The translations under genes and the position numbers were made by a program. Positions 11,535-22,935 of a stretch of 53,349 bases of DNA are shown here, piece by piece. Every line of letters begins with the position of its first letter. Positions within the stretch are counted from its first letter, which is position 1. This DNA comes from Octopus bimaculoides (lineage: Eukaryota): the NCBI RefSeq assembly GCF_001194135.2, contig NC_068989.1, positions 44,559,848 to 44,613,196 on the forward strand, read 5' to 3'. Below the pieces are notes generated by a model. It did no database searches, had not been told where the DNA came from, and saw only the letters and a program-made list of their open reading frames with translations.

Positions 11535-11730
11535 ACCGTTTTACGGTAGGGAGCCGAATCCGGAAGTCGGTGCACTACGTTCAGAACCGAAACCGGAAGT
11601 CGGTCTCATCACCTTCTGTATCGTAGCTGAAAGTCGATTTTGTCGTGTTCCGAACCGAAACCGGAAGTCGGTGCTGTTATGATCTGCGTTCAATAGCGCT
11701 GCTAGAATAGAGTCACGTGACAATTGACTC
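11535..11730 (-). promoter_or_regulatory. CpG-rich housekeeping-type promoter: 3x ETS (CCGGAAGT) plus GTCACGTGAC CLEAR/E-box
   Basis: The unit (A/G)CCGA-A(A/T)CCGGAAG-TCGGT occurs at 11553, 11586 and 11654. GTCACGTGAC is at 11712-11721. Local CpG enrichment in an otherwise CpG-poor window. Confidence 0.75.
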
Positions 11731-12039
11731 CATTCTTTAAGAGGTAATTATATCTTACTGAACAAAGAGCCTATTGTTTATTGTTGAGTAAATTGTCTTA
11801 GAAATAAAGAACAGAGATTAATTACTCAAAAACACCATCTGCATAAAAGAAACAACAGTTAAGTGTCTACATTACTTATTATCGTGGACCTAAAAAATGT
11901 AATTAGAAATACCTACGACTGCATCCAATTGACTGGGCCTTTTCAGAGTCAGAAAATGATTTAGCCCACAACTATTAACGACATATTACAAAGTTCAGGT
12001 GAGGAACCACAATGGAATATTGCTCCTACATTTTGAACA

Positions 12040-12335
12040 GTACTGCTGTTGCACACATGGCATCTAGAAAAGGCTTATCTGACAGATGGACACAGTCCAG
12101 CCTCTAGCCCACAAGCAGGCTTTCCCATCTCTCTTCCTTTTCTGTTGCTACTGTAATAGCCCCTGTTCCTCAGATCTGGCTGGGTTTCATACTACCTCAA
12201 CTTAGGTATTCTTGATCCACGAATCTTTCCTCCTCCCATCACCCTCATTGTATCCAGGCATTCACTCCCACTCCTCAAGCCCTACACTAATCACTACAAC
12301 CAGTTCTTCTCTACCAGAATGTCATCCCTCTAATT
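12040..12335 (+). mobile_element. L2/CR1-group LINE 3' end, degenerate
   Basis: Homologous to 37190-37535; degenerate VQPLAH...SLFCCY motif. Confidence 0.6.
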
Positions 12336-12764
12336 TATACTGACTCAGTAACATAATCATCATTTAATGTCTGTTATCCATGCTGGCATGGGTTGGACAA
12401 TTTGTCCAGAGCTAGTTAGCTGGGGAGCTGCACAAGACTCCAGTCTGATTAGGCATGGTTTCTACGACTGGATGCTCTTCCTAACGCCAACCACTTACAG
12501 AGTATGCTGGGTGTTTTTACATGACACTGCACAGGCACTTTTATATGGCAGGGCATGGGAAACCACCTTCAATTTGGTTTTTGTGCTTCTCCTCAACTAT
12601 GGTCATGAATGTTGGGTAATGTCTAAAAGAGTATCATTGCAAATACAAGTGTATAAAAAAAAATGCTGATATCTAAGATTTGTGGTAAACAAAATTTTTA
12701 TTCTTCCTGTAAACAAAAAGCAAATACTATCGTTACTTGGAATGTTATTGTTCTAACCACAGTT

Positions 12765-13725
12765 AAAGTGTGGTTAGTTGGTACTGGTGTTGCTGTCATC
12801 ATTCCTCATTGTTTAGCTGCCGTTAGCTTGGGTCAGTAGCTGTCCATGTGTCTGCCAACCATCTGCTGTCTTGTCTCTGTTGTTTCTCAAGTCTCTCTAC
12901 CAAGTAGCTATGGTGGGCTGAATTTATAGAGAGAAAGGGGCAAAAAGATGGAATTGTTGCTGGAACCAGTTCTAAGTGAAGTCATGATTGGTCAGCTTTC
13001 TTTTGATTGTATAAGTAATATTCTAGCAAATCACAACACTGGATATAATAAAAGTGTGGTTAGTTGCTACTGGTGTTACTGTCGTCATTCATTATTGTTT
13101 AGCTGTTGTCAGCAGCTATCCATGTCTGTTTGTCATTCATCTACCGTTTCATCTCTGTTGTTTCTCAAGGCTATCTATCAACTAGCGTGGAGGCGCAATG
13201 GCCCAGTGGTTAGGGCAGCGGACTCACGGTCATAGGATCGCGGTTTCGATTCCCAGACCGGGCGTTGTGAGTGTTTATTGAGCGAAAACACCTAAAGCCC
13301 CACGAGGCTCCAGCAGGGGATGGTGGCGAACCCTGCTGTACTCTTCCACCACAACTTTCTCTCACTCTTACTTCCTGTTTCTGTTGTGCCTGTAATTCAA
13401 AGGGTCAGCCTTGTCACGCTGAATATCCCCGAGAACTATGTTAAGGTTACACGTGTCTGTGGAGTGCTCAGCCACTTGCACGTTATTTTCACGAGCAGGC
13501 TGTTCCGTTGATCAGATCAACTGGAACCCTCGACGTCGTAAGCGACGGAGTGCCAACAACTATCAACTAGCTAAGGTGGTTGAATTTATAATACTGGATA
13601 GGCTCAGAGAGAAAGGAGCAAAAAGATGGAATTGTTGTTGGAACCAGTTCTAGGCGAAGTTGTGATTGGTTAGATTTTTTTTTTTATTACATGGGTAACA
13701 TTCTAGCAAATTACAACATCAGATA
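12765..13725 (+). repeat. Tandem duplication (about 286-bp unit); second unit interrupted by SINE D
   Basis: AAAGTGTGGTTAGTTG starts at 12765 and 13051. AAAAAGATGGAATTGTTG(C/T)TGGAACCAGTTCTA occurs in both units. Confidence 0.9.
13187..13559 (+). mobile_element. Young full-length tRNA-derived SINE family D with TSD
   Basis: A-box TGGCCCAGTGG, B-box-like GGTTTCGATTCCC, (CAA) tail. 12-bp TSD CTATCAACTAGC at 13175-13186 and 13560-13571. A 3' part of another copy is at 19932-20052. Confidence 0.92.
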
Positions 13726-13914
13726 TAGTGATATGATTTCTGAATATTCCTGTTGCACGAGCAACCAAAATAGGGCTCTTCCAGAAGAGCTCTGGAGTAA
13801 TGTTACTCAACAGAGTGCACACTTCAGAGATCAAGGAGTTTCTCCCAGTTGAGCCACTACCTCCCTACATTGAGAATCTATGGCTCTAGTAGTAAAAAAG
13901 GTAATGACTGTGTT

Positions 13915-14168
13915 CAATCATGAATGACTATGGCATTGCACCTAGAAATTTACCCTCTGAGGCACAAATCCAGGCAAGATTGTTTATGGAAGACTAGCAG
14001 TCGCCCATTCATACCAGCCTCCCCTATCCATGCCACTGATGTTATCCAAGGGAAAGGCAAAAACTGATACAACTTGGCACCTGTGATGTTGCAACTCATT
14101 TCTACAGCTGAATGAACTGGAACAATGTGAACTAAAGTGTCTTGCTCAAGAACACAACACACAGCCCA
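13915..14168 (-). mobile_element. tRNA-derived SINE family E
   Basis: Reverse complement of the full copy at 45417-45752. Also at 41385-41655(-), with a related degenerate piece at 9220-9440(-). Confidence 0.85.
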
Positions 14169-14184
14169 GTAGTACAGACATAGG

Positions 14185-14390
14185 ATAAGAATGGTGCAGG
14201 AAAGAATTGCAAGATGTATTTTTCAAGCCAAGCTGACCAGTAGGAGACCTAGGGGTAGACCAAGAATGAGGTGGCTGGATGATATCCATTGCCTCAGTTA
14301 ATCATGCATGGGAATTTATCTGGTAAGTGTAATGGCAATTGCTTCTGATAAGGCCCTATGGAGGAAGTGCCTGAGGAACTATGGGTGGAG
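14185..14390 (+). mobile_element. RTE-type LINE C-terminal fragment
   Basis: MVQERIARCIFQAKLTSRRPRGRPRMRWLDDI...DKALWRKCL. Confidence 0.75.
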
Positions 14391-14588
14391 ATGATGAATA
14401 GATGGATAATGGGAAACTAATTTCTCTGTCTCCTGTTAGGAAACATTGTAACATTTCTTCTCACTAGTGTAACTAGAGTGTGTGTCACCTGGGGTGGCCC
14501 TTCAGTTTGCCACTCCCAGCAGCCCCATAAAAAATACATATTGCCTACAGAATCCCATAAAAGTGCCCCACCTCCTCATCATCCCCTC

Positions 14589-15372
14589 TAACAATGCTGT
14601 CAGTAAGGTGAGGGTTGGCAACGAGTACAGTGAAGAATTCCGGGTAGGAGTAGGAGTCCACCAAGGATCAGTCCTCAGTCCCCTCTTATTCATCACAGTC
14701 TTCCAGGCAATAACAGAGGAATTCAAGACAGGATGCTCTTGGGGGCTTCTCTATGCTGATGATCTTGCTCTAATTGCTGAGTCACTATCAGAACTAGAGA
14801 AGTTTTAGGTATGGAAGCAAGAATTAGAATCGAAGGGCCTTAGAGTCAGCCTAGCAAAAACCAAAGTCTTAATAAGTAGGAAGGCAGACAAACCACAAAT
14901 CTCTTCAGGTAGATGGCCCTGCTCAATCTGTAGAAAAGGTGTAGGTAGAAACTCTATAAGATATACACAGTGTGAGCTATGGACACATAAGAGGTGCAGC
15001 AATATCAAAGGAAGGCTAACTGGGAAGATAGTTTTTGTGTGTGGCAAATGCACAGGTTCAATAAACACCGAAGATATACAGAAAACAAATTCCATCACAT
15101 TCCAGGGGGGAAAACTACTTGTAGTTGATAGCTTCTGTTACATTGGTGACCAAGTCAGTAGCAGAGGTGGATGCTCTGAAAGTGTAGCTACTAGAGTAAG
15201 GATAGCCTGGGGAAAATTCAGAGAGCTCCTACCTGTGCTGGTGACAAAGAGCCTCTTGCTCAGAGTAAAAGGTAGACTGTATGATGCATGTGTGCGAACA
15301 GCTATGCTACATGGCAGTGAAACATGGGCCGTGACTGCTGAGGACATGCATAAGCTTGCAAGGAATGAAGCC
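14589..15372 (+). mobile_element. RTE LINE ORF2 fragment (RT domain plus downstream Cys/His motif), inactivated
   Basis: VGVHQGSVLSPLLF...LLYADDLALIAES (YADD motif), with stops and frameshifts downstream. Confidence 0.95.
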
Positions 15373-15396
15373 ATTAGGGTTGTTGAGCAGCACGTG

Positions 15397-16580
15397 AAAC
15401 TGACAATGTTTCTGGGTAAAATATGTTTTGCATAAGCCTAGTATTGATAGAATAAATATACAAGTCATCTGCACTGCTAACTCAAGAGCATGCGATATAC
15501 AGATGTCCATGAGAAAAGCAGGGTATTTGTAAATTGAGACACACAGTTTTTAAATTTTGATCCTGTGCTTTGTTGATCGTCATTGTGAAGCATAATTACA
15601 CTGGGAACTGGAGGCGCTTGAATTGAAATGACACATTTGAGTGAATAAGGGGCATGCGTGGAATGTATGCGATCTCTCCTCAATGACAGCCGGAAATAAT
15701 GGTTGCTTGTAAGACATGACTTGTCATTGTAGTTACAGTCAATCTCGAACCATTGCATGGTCGTGGTGGGTCGAAATTCCTCGGTGCACCTTTCTTTAGG
15801 AAAAACTAATGCAGTGGCAGTCCTGTGGGTTGTAGTGAGTTGAGAAATTCAGCTGGATAGTCAACAGTGGCATGTTCATCGATGTTAGTATCAATGGAGA
15901 CAAACATTGAAGCATCTCCAAGTAGAATGTGGAGGAGTTCATGGATTACTTTATGAATGCTTTCATTCTGAGGTGCTAAAAAGCTCTCTCTGCAAACCAT
16001 GCTATGTTTTTGAAGTTATCTTGCAATGCGGGAAATACCTTTTCTTTAAGCTCAGCCAGTGTACACACCATGTGCCCACATTGCAGTACATACTGTTGCA
16101 GGGTGTTATTCAATGGTAAAGCGCCATTTCCAATTAGTTAAAGTTGATGAAAGAATTCCTCAGCTAACGGGTTGTTGTAGAGATGAGCTCGCATATTGTT
16201 GCTTAATGAAAGCTGATGAACACACCTCTACAGTGGTGAAAACTTCAGACACACATAGATGTCATCAGCTTGCATAACCCATGGTATGACTGGTAATATT
16301 TGACAGAAATCCCCTGCAAGGACAACAGTTAAGCACCCCCCATAACGGCAGTACTGTTTCTAATATCCCTTAGCGACCTATCTTGGGCTTCTAGTGCACC
16401 ATGGTGTGCCATTGTGCATTCATCCCAGACAATAAGTGTAGTTTAGAGCAGAACTTCCGCCGTCGGTGATCGTTTTCAAATATTACACATTTGGGCATCG
16501 CTGGTGTAATGGAAGTTACTGTTTGTTCAGGAGTGAAGTGGGGGTTTGCATGAAAGTGATTTATGTTCTTAAGAAGGATC
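15397..16580 (-). mobile_element. Helitron Pif1-family helicase fragment, pseudogenised
   Basis: IVWDECTMAH...ALEAQDRSLRDIRN, TVVLAGDFCQILPVI, NNMRAHL, YPAEFLNSLQPTGLP, FQFKRLQFPV*LCFTMTINKAQ, CFSHGHLYIACS. Many stops and frameshifts. Confidence 0.92.
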
Positions 16581-17984
16581 ACAAACTATGTACTGTTTCA
16601 TGGAATAAAAAGGGGTTAATATGATTTTGGCCAGAAATCTTGTTTTCAAAATTATAATTTCCCCACTCCCCACCAAAATATCCTAATTTTTAACAGTTTT
16701 TCGAAGTTTGTTTTTTATGCATGTGGAAAAATACAGAGATTATGAAAGTGGGAAATATAATTTGTTTTTGAAAATTTAATTTTTCTGAAAGATATACCGA
16801 AAGCCTCTTCCCCCACCTTGGCTACCCATGGGCAACCTGCTTTCGAGCAAAATGCAAATCACCTGTATGGAAAGCATAAGAATGTGAGTAAATTGAGGAA
16901 AGAAATAAGTGGTGGGGGGTACGCAAATATCATCTCAGACATGCTAGAAACAACAGGTAAAGGACAGGGTTTCTGAGATAATTTCCTTGTAGGTTTAAAT
17001 GGAAGATCAGGTTTTGAAATATGCTCCTCACAAACAGGAATGACAGAATAGGAAAAGGTAATTTCCATAGGATTTGAACTGTAATTTAGTGCACAGCAAA
17101 AAATAACATAATTCACATAGAACTTTAACTGTGTGTGTGTGTCTGAGTTTGGGTATGTGAGTATGTGTGCCAAAGGAAGTTATTTTTGCATACCTTTCTT
17201 AATTCCAAAAGAAGGAAATGTAGTGAAGTTGTAATATGTTAACAGCAGAAGGTCTCCGTACATTATAAGGAGAAATTGAAAGGGAAAGATAATGCTTAAT
17301 TCTACGCACGCGTGAAACATGGGACGAAAGTGAAAAATGACCTTAAAATTGTACGACACAACTTCATTTCTGGGGTTCTCGGCGTCCCCTTCTCTCCCAT
17401 TTTCACTCTCTCTTTGTGCCGCTTTCTTTTACCATCACCTATAGAACATACAGTATCAATTTTGTGCTGGTTTTCTTTCACTTTCAACTATAGAACATAC
17501 ATAGGGTATGAAACATCAGCGTCTGTCTCCCACTTGCTAGCCATCTTTAAACTTCTATAGAAACTTGTTTTCTCTTTCTGTGTCTTTCTATTGTCTCTCG
17601 GTCTTTTTCTCATTCTTTGTTTCACTCAGTCATTTTGTAAAAATAAGATGTATATATGTGTATATGAAATGGATATGTGTGTGCGAGAGAGAAAGAGAGA
17701 GAGTGAGTGAGTGAAGATGCGTGTCATAATGATGGATGACTTTTAAGGTACACACTCGTATAGAAAATGTGACATTGTCATCATTGTATAAAATGCTTAC
17801 AATAGTTGAGTTATGGAAAAGATAATTTTAAATTTTTGTAATGGAAATATGTCAATGAAAATAAAGTTTAGTTGGTAGTGGAAATAGTACTGAATCATTT
17901 GATACTCCAAATGTCAAAATCAGCAACTCAGTTTTGGGATGCACAAGGGACATACGCACACACATAAAAACTCTCTTTTATAGT

Positions 17985-18018
<34 letters not shown>

Positions 18019-18159
18019 TATATACAATGTTCAATACACACATATTTTTTCACGTCTGGCCGTATAGCCTTTTTTGTTTATTTTCACTGTTTCATTTTCC
18101 TGTCTTGTTTTCTGTCCGCCACTACATTCCTCCATGGTACAAATTTAATTTGTGGTCTG

Positions 18160-19567
18160 TGGGAAGAGCCATTTTAACGATGCGTCCTGCTCTAACTCTT
18201 CGAAATGCCAGTGTTAGAATGGTGGCAGCTGATGAAGGAAATGTTCTCTAAGTGGCTGGCTGATGGAGGCTTTCACAGAAGGGCCATTTATGGCATATGG
18301 TTGACTGGAGAAAAGCAAAATGGATGGGAAAACAGGTCGATGTGTTTGCCAATGAAGTCAGGAGATTGGCTAGACTCGTGGGATATAGAGATGGTGTGTT
18401 AGAACAAACCATTAAATTAGCCTTTGTGACAGGATTTCCTGACCACATGTCGGTCGAACTGCAAAAGCTGCTGAACATTCACTCTATGGCAATGGGAGAT
18501 ATAATATCCCGGGCCAGAGCCATCGTCTCGTGTTGCAGGACGACACCTTTGGTAGCGACTGCAACACCGAGAACGGGTCGAACAAAGAGCAGCAGAGAGA
18601 GGTCGAACAAGGAATGTGTGCGACCCTTCAAAGGACAATGTTTTCGGTGTCAGGGCTCACACTTGGCAAGGGACTGCAAGGAACCCAAGCCTGGAGTAAT
18701 TTTCTATTGATGCAGACAGATAGGCCACGTCACTAGTGAATGTGTGCAGGGAAATGGTCCAAGGGAGACTACTGCACCGGTAGTCGTCCCGTCGAAAGAA
18801 TAGAGGCGCATATACAGTAGTAGAAGTCGTGGTAAACAAAAAGGTGTCACGAGCCCTCATGGACATGTGCTGCTCAACAACTCTAATGACTCCAGAAGTG
18901 GTAGAAGAATGGAGTGGTGTAAGGACTGTTGACGGTACGGAAGTTGAATGCAGAAGAAGTAGTGATGTGGAGATGGTGGTACGAGGAACAAGATTGAGGT
19001 TGAGGGCTATTGTGATTGATCGTATAGTGGACGGGATCGATGTCGTGATGGGGCTGGACGCCATTGTCCGCTTGGGAGGTGTTACGGTCAATGAAGCCAG
19101 TGTAGTGTTCGGTGATGCGGGGATGCTATGCGCTGTGAGTTCACGACAGGAGAGTGGTAAAGCTGTGAAGAAAAATATGCTGCACACACCATTACAGACA
19201 AAGATATTCGAGCTGTGTTTGAATGCCGGTTGTGTGCGGGAAGCTGCTGGGACACTACCTGATTGCAGGATGGCATGCAGCTTCATCAAGAGGCAAGCTG
19301 AAGGTGTGAGGTGGAGTGATAACGTGGGCAAGAAGACAACCACCATGATGCAAGAAGTCTTGGAGAGTGTGACTGCGGAGGACCCAGTAAGAGGGAACTG
19401 GTATGTGCCCAAATTGAAGAAGCGGATCGTGTGGTGTGATACCAGCAGCATAGCGACAGGGGTTGTACTGGAAATTGGAGGTGTCGTGTGGAGGATGTGG
19501 CCTGGCTTAGGAAGAAGGACAATTGCAACCACATCAACATGGTGGAGCTGTATGCCATGCTGAAAGG
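18160..19567 (+). mobile_element. Ty3/Gypsy LTR-retrotransposon remnant: gag (zinc knuckles), protease, RNase H; RT absent
   Basis: CFRCQGSHLARDC and *CRQIGHVTSEC knuckles. ALMDMCCSTTL is a degenerate DTG protease site. VWCDTSSIATGVVLEIGG...WLRKKDNCNHINMVELYAMLKG is RNase H-like. Runs into an N-gap. Confidence 0.9.
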
Positions 19568-21679
19568 NNNNNNNNNNNNNNNNNNNNNNNNNNNNNNNNN
19601 NNNNNNNNNNNNNNNNNNNNNNNNNNNNNNNNNNNNNNNNNNNNNNNNNNNNNNNNNNNNNNNNNNNNNNNNNNNNNNNNNNNNNNNNNNNNNNNNNNNN
19701 NNNNNNNNNNNNNNNNNNNNNNNNNNNNNNNNNNNNNNNNNNNNNNNNNNNNNNNNNNNNNNNNNNNNNNNNNNNNNNNNNNNNNNNNNNNNNNNNNNNN
19801 NNNNNNNNNNNNNNNNNNNNNNNNNNNNNNNNNNNNNNNNNNNNNNNNNNNNNNNNNNNNNNNNNNNNNNNNNNNNNNNNNNNNNNNNNNNNNNNNNNNN
19901 NNNNNNNNNNNNNNNNNNNNNNNNNNNNNNNTGAGAACTATGTTAAGGGAATGCATTCTGTGGAGTGGTCGGCCACCGGCATGTTAATTTCACAAGCAGA
20001 CTGTTCTGTTGATTGGATCAACTGGAACCCTTGTTGCAGTAATGGAGTGCCAGCATGTGTGTGTGTGTGTGTGTGTCCTGTCTTGATATCAAGTGATGAT
20101 TGTAAATGAACACCACCACTATACAAGCAATGTTGTTTCTTGTCTTCTGTGGTGAAATATTAACTTGTTTGGAAACAGATGAGGGTTGGTGACTGACTGG
20201 AGAAAATCTGCCTCAATGAATTCTGTCCAACCAATGCAAGTATGGAAAAGTTGACATTAAAATGATGATGACATTGATGATGTGAAGGAGGAGAAAAAGA
20301 AGGTGGAGGAAGGCACATGTTACCAAGTTATACTTACCCACAAGTGACAGCTGCTTGTACTACTTATAATGTAATTTGGTTGTACTTCGTTTTCATTTCT
20401 AAATTATACACACACTGAGAAACAACTATTAAAACATGGCTACCTGGGGCTATTGGCATAACAATATCAGCCGTTGCTTACTCAAATCAGATTTAACAAT
20501 TTATAAGATAGAATTTAGGCAAATGGCTAAGCTGCAAGTGTGTTGGATAATTTCCTTTCCAATAATCTTTCCAGTTCTCTGTGCTTTGAGTTTAAGTGAT
20601 ACTGATGTTAACTTCCTCTTTCGTCCTTTCAGGTGTCTTATTCCTTATTTCTTTCCTGCTGAGGTTGACTTTGCCTTTCATCATTCTGAGCTCAATGAAA
20701 TACAGCACCAGTGTACTGGAGTCAATTTAAGTGACATCAACATCATCATCATAATCACTGTCATTATTTTATGTTTGTTTCCAATGTTGGGATGGTTGGA
20801 CAGTTCAATAGGATCTGACAGGCTGGAAGATCACATTTGGTTTCAACGTCCCATATTTGGCATGGTTTCTACAGCTGGATGGATGCTCTTCCTAACACTC
20901 ATCCTAATCACTTTTTAATCAACTATAACTATTGTTAACTACCTGTTAATATTAGTCCCTTTTGCTTTTAGGTGGCAAGCTGGTAGAATTGTTAGCACAG
21001 TGGGTAAAATGCTTTGAGGCATGTTGTCTATCTTCACATTCTGTGTTCAGATTCTGCCGAGGTTAACTTTGCCTTTCATCCTTTCAGTACCAGTTGAACA
21101 CTGAGATTGATGTAATCGACTTATCCTCTCCCTCAAAATTGCTGGCCTTGTGCCAAAATTTGAAATCAATATTAGTCTCTTCCTGTGAAATAGCTAAGTT
21201 ATGGGGATGTCAACAAACTAACACCACCAAAAGCCAAGAGTCAAACTCTAACATACACACACACACATACATACATGAAAAGCAAAGTTGACCTCAATTG
21301 GATTTGAAATCAGAATATAAAAGGCAGTAAATAACCACTGCAGTCACTTACTTGATACTCTAATGATTCAACCACTCTAATTCCTGTGTTGTCTGACTAA
21401 ACTAGCAGTTGTCGAAATTTTAAAATAATTTTTTTCTTACACAAACTATTTGTCTATTTCTCACTGTAGCAATTTCAAATTACGGATAATGGTCTATTCT
21501 CAGTGCCTTACAAAAGTTATATCTCTTATGAAATAACCAGGGGTAATATGAACAACAACAAAAAAAAAATTAATGAATAATTTCCATGTTTGTTTTTACA
21601 GAAAACATATATAAACATCCGTGTAGAATACTTATCGTCTGTCTCCTGCTAGATCATCTTACCAGAGCTTTAGCTTCAT

Positions 21680-21890
21680 TCAATGCAGCAGCTGTTGGCT
21701 TGTAGAAGCCTTGTGTCAGGCTCTGCACCAGATGGCTGGACATGATTGGGGAATATCTCCAGAGGCTTGACATCACCTTGGCGGATACAGAGGGGCTGGT
21801 ATAGGACCACTAGTAATGGAGAGCAATAGTGGACCTGGTCGGCTCTATGCATGATGATGTCTCTGAGACCACTAACCTCAGATGATACCA
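21680..21890 (+). mobile_element. RTE-type LINE C-terminal fragment
   Basis: TRWLDMIGEYLQRLDITLADTEGLV*DH**WRAIVDLVGS. Confidence 0.75.
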
Positions 21891-22507
21891 CCCTGATCAA
21901 GCAAAAGCATAAGCGTGTAGCATACTTAATGCAAATTCATCATTGAAAGGCAATGTTGTGTTCGTCCAGAGATAATGTCACTTATGAACATGCTGTGTTT
22001 AAAAACACAATATATATCAAAAGGCAAAAGCAGTGGCTGGCAGGCTCACCTGATGGATTTCAGCCTAGTTGTGCCTTATCAATGTATTGTATTCATAACA
22101 AGCTACATACCTAAGTGACATTTGTTACCTCTGATAATGAGAAGCATTGGATGAAACATTCACAGGCATTGCAAAAAGCTGCTTGCCATTGATAAAGCCC
22201 AACTTGGTCAAAGTTAGCTGCTGCTATGGTCTTCACAGCACATTCATAAGAGATATCATCTTTGAATGAATACTGCAGTAATTTGCCTGTCAACCATGTA
22301 TATTCATTAAGTATGATACATAGTTGCTCATAACAGTAATGGCTTTAGGTGCAGGCGTGGTTGTATAGTTAAGCTCCTTTTTGCAGCCATGTAAGCTTAG
22401 GTTCAGCCCCACTGTGCGACACCTTTGGCTAGTGTCTTCTATTATACCCCTGAGCTGACAAATGTCTTGTTAGAGAATTCAATTGATAGAGACAGTGTGG
22501 GAACCTG

Positions 22508-22567
<60 letters not shown>

Positions 22568-22673
22568 CCTCGTCCTTCTGACTGTTTTGGAGTACCTGAT
22601 TCATGAATTTCTTACTCTACCCTTAGCTTGTAATTCATTTGGAGTACGATGACATTTCTGTACCTTTGATATA

Positions 22674-22715
<42 letters not shown>

Positions 22716-22724
22716 CATACATAC

Positions 22725-22935
22725 AGAATGGTGATGATGATATGAATGAAGACAGCTGTATAAAGAAGTGCCAATTACTGAAAGTGGATGACACCTGTGG
22801 AAGAGGGAGATCCAGGAAGACATAAGATGAAGTGGTGAGGACCAATCCCAGGCTGTTGGGCCTCATGGAGGAGGTGACAATGGACTGAGATGTCTGGTGA
22901 TATGAGGTTCATGAGAAGATCTGCCCACTTCAGCG
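22725..22935 (+). mobile_element. RTE LINE 3' fragment
   Basis: MNEDSCIKKCQLLKVDDTCGRGRSRKT; same family as 25365-26680. Confidence 0.8.

Noticed and set aside
11553-11672. Repeat-spacer-repeat layout resembling a mini CRISPR array
   Set aside because: Only three 19-bp units, very unequal spacers, no cas genes, eukaryotic context; explained as ETS promoter elements.
16798-17173. Minus-strand ORF / exon candidates (SNPMEITFSYSVIPV...; VICILLESRLPMG...)
   Set aside because: Weak or missing donors, no recognisable protein, and the adjacent sequence looks like DNA-transposon debris.
19932-20052. Possible 3' LTR / PPT of the Gypsy element after the N-gap
   Set aside because: The sequence matches the 3' part of SINE D (13430-13559). 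No LTR pair could be identified.
21668-21890. Apparent minus-strand exon (gatCAG ... CTG|GTAAGA) with MSSLWRYSPIMSSHLVQ...
   Set aside because: The plus strand translates to an RTE LINE C-terminus, which explains the GC-rich composition. All three full-length minus frames from the acceptor contain stops.
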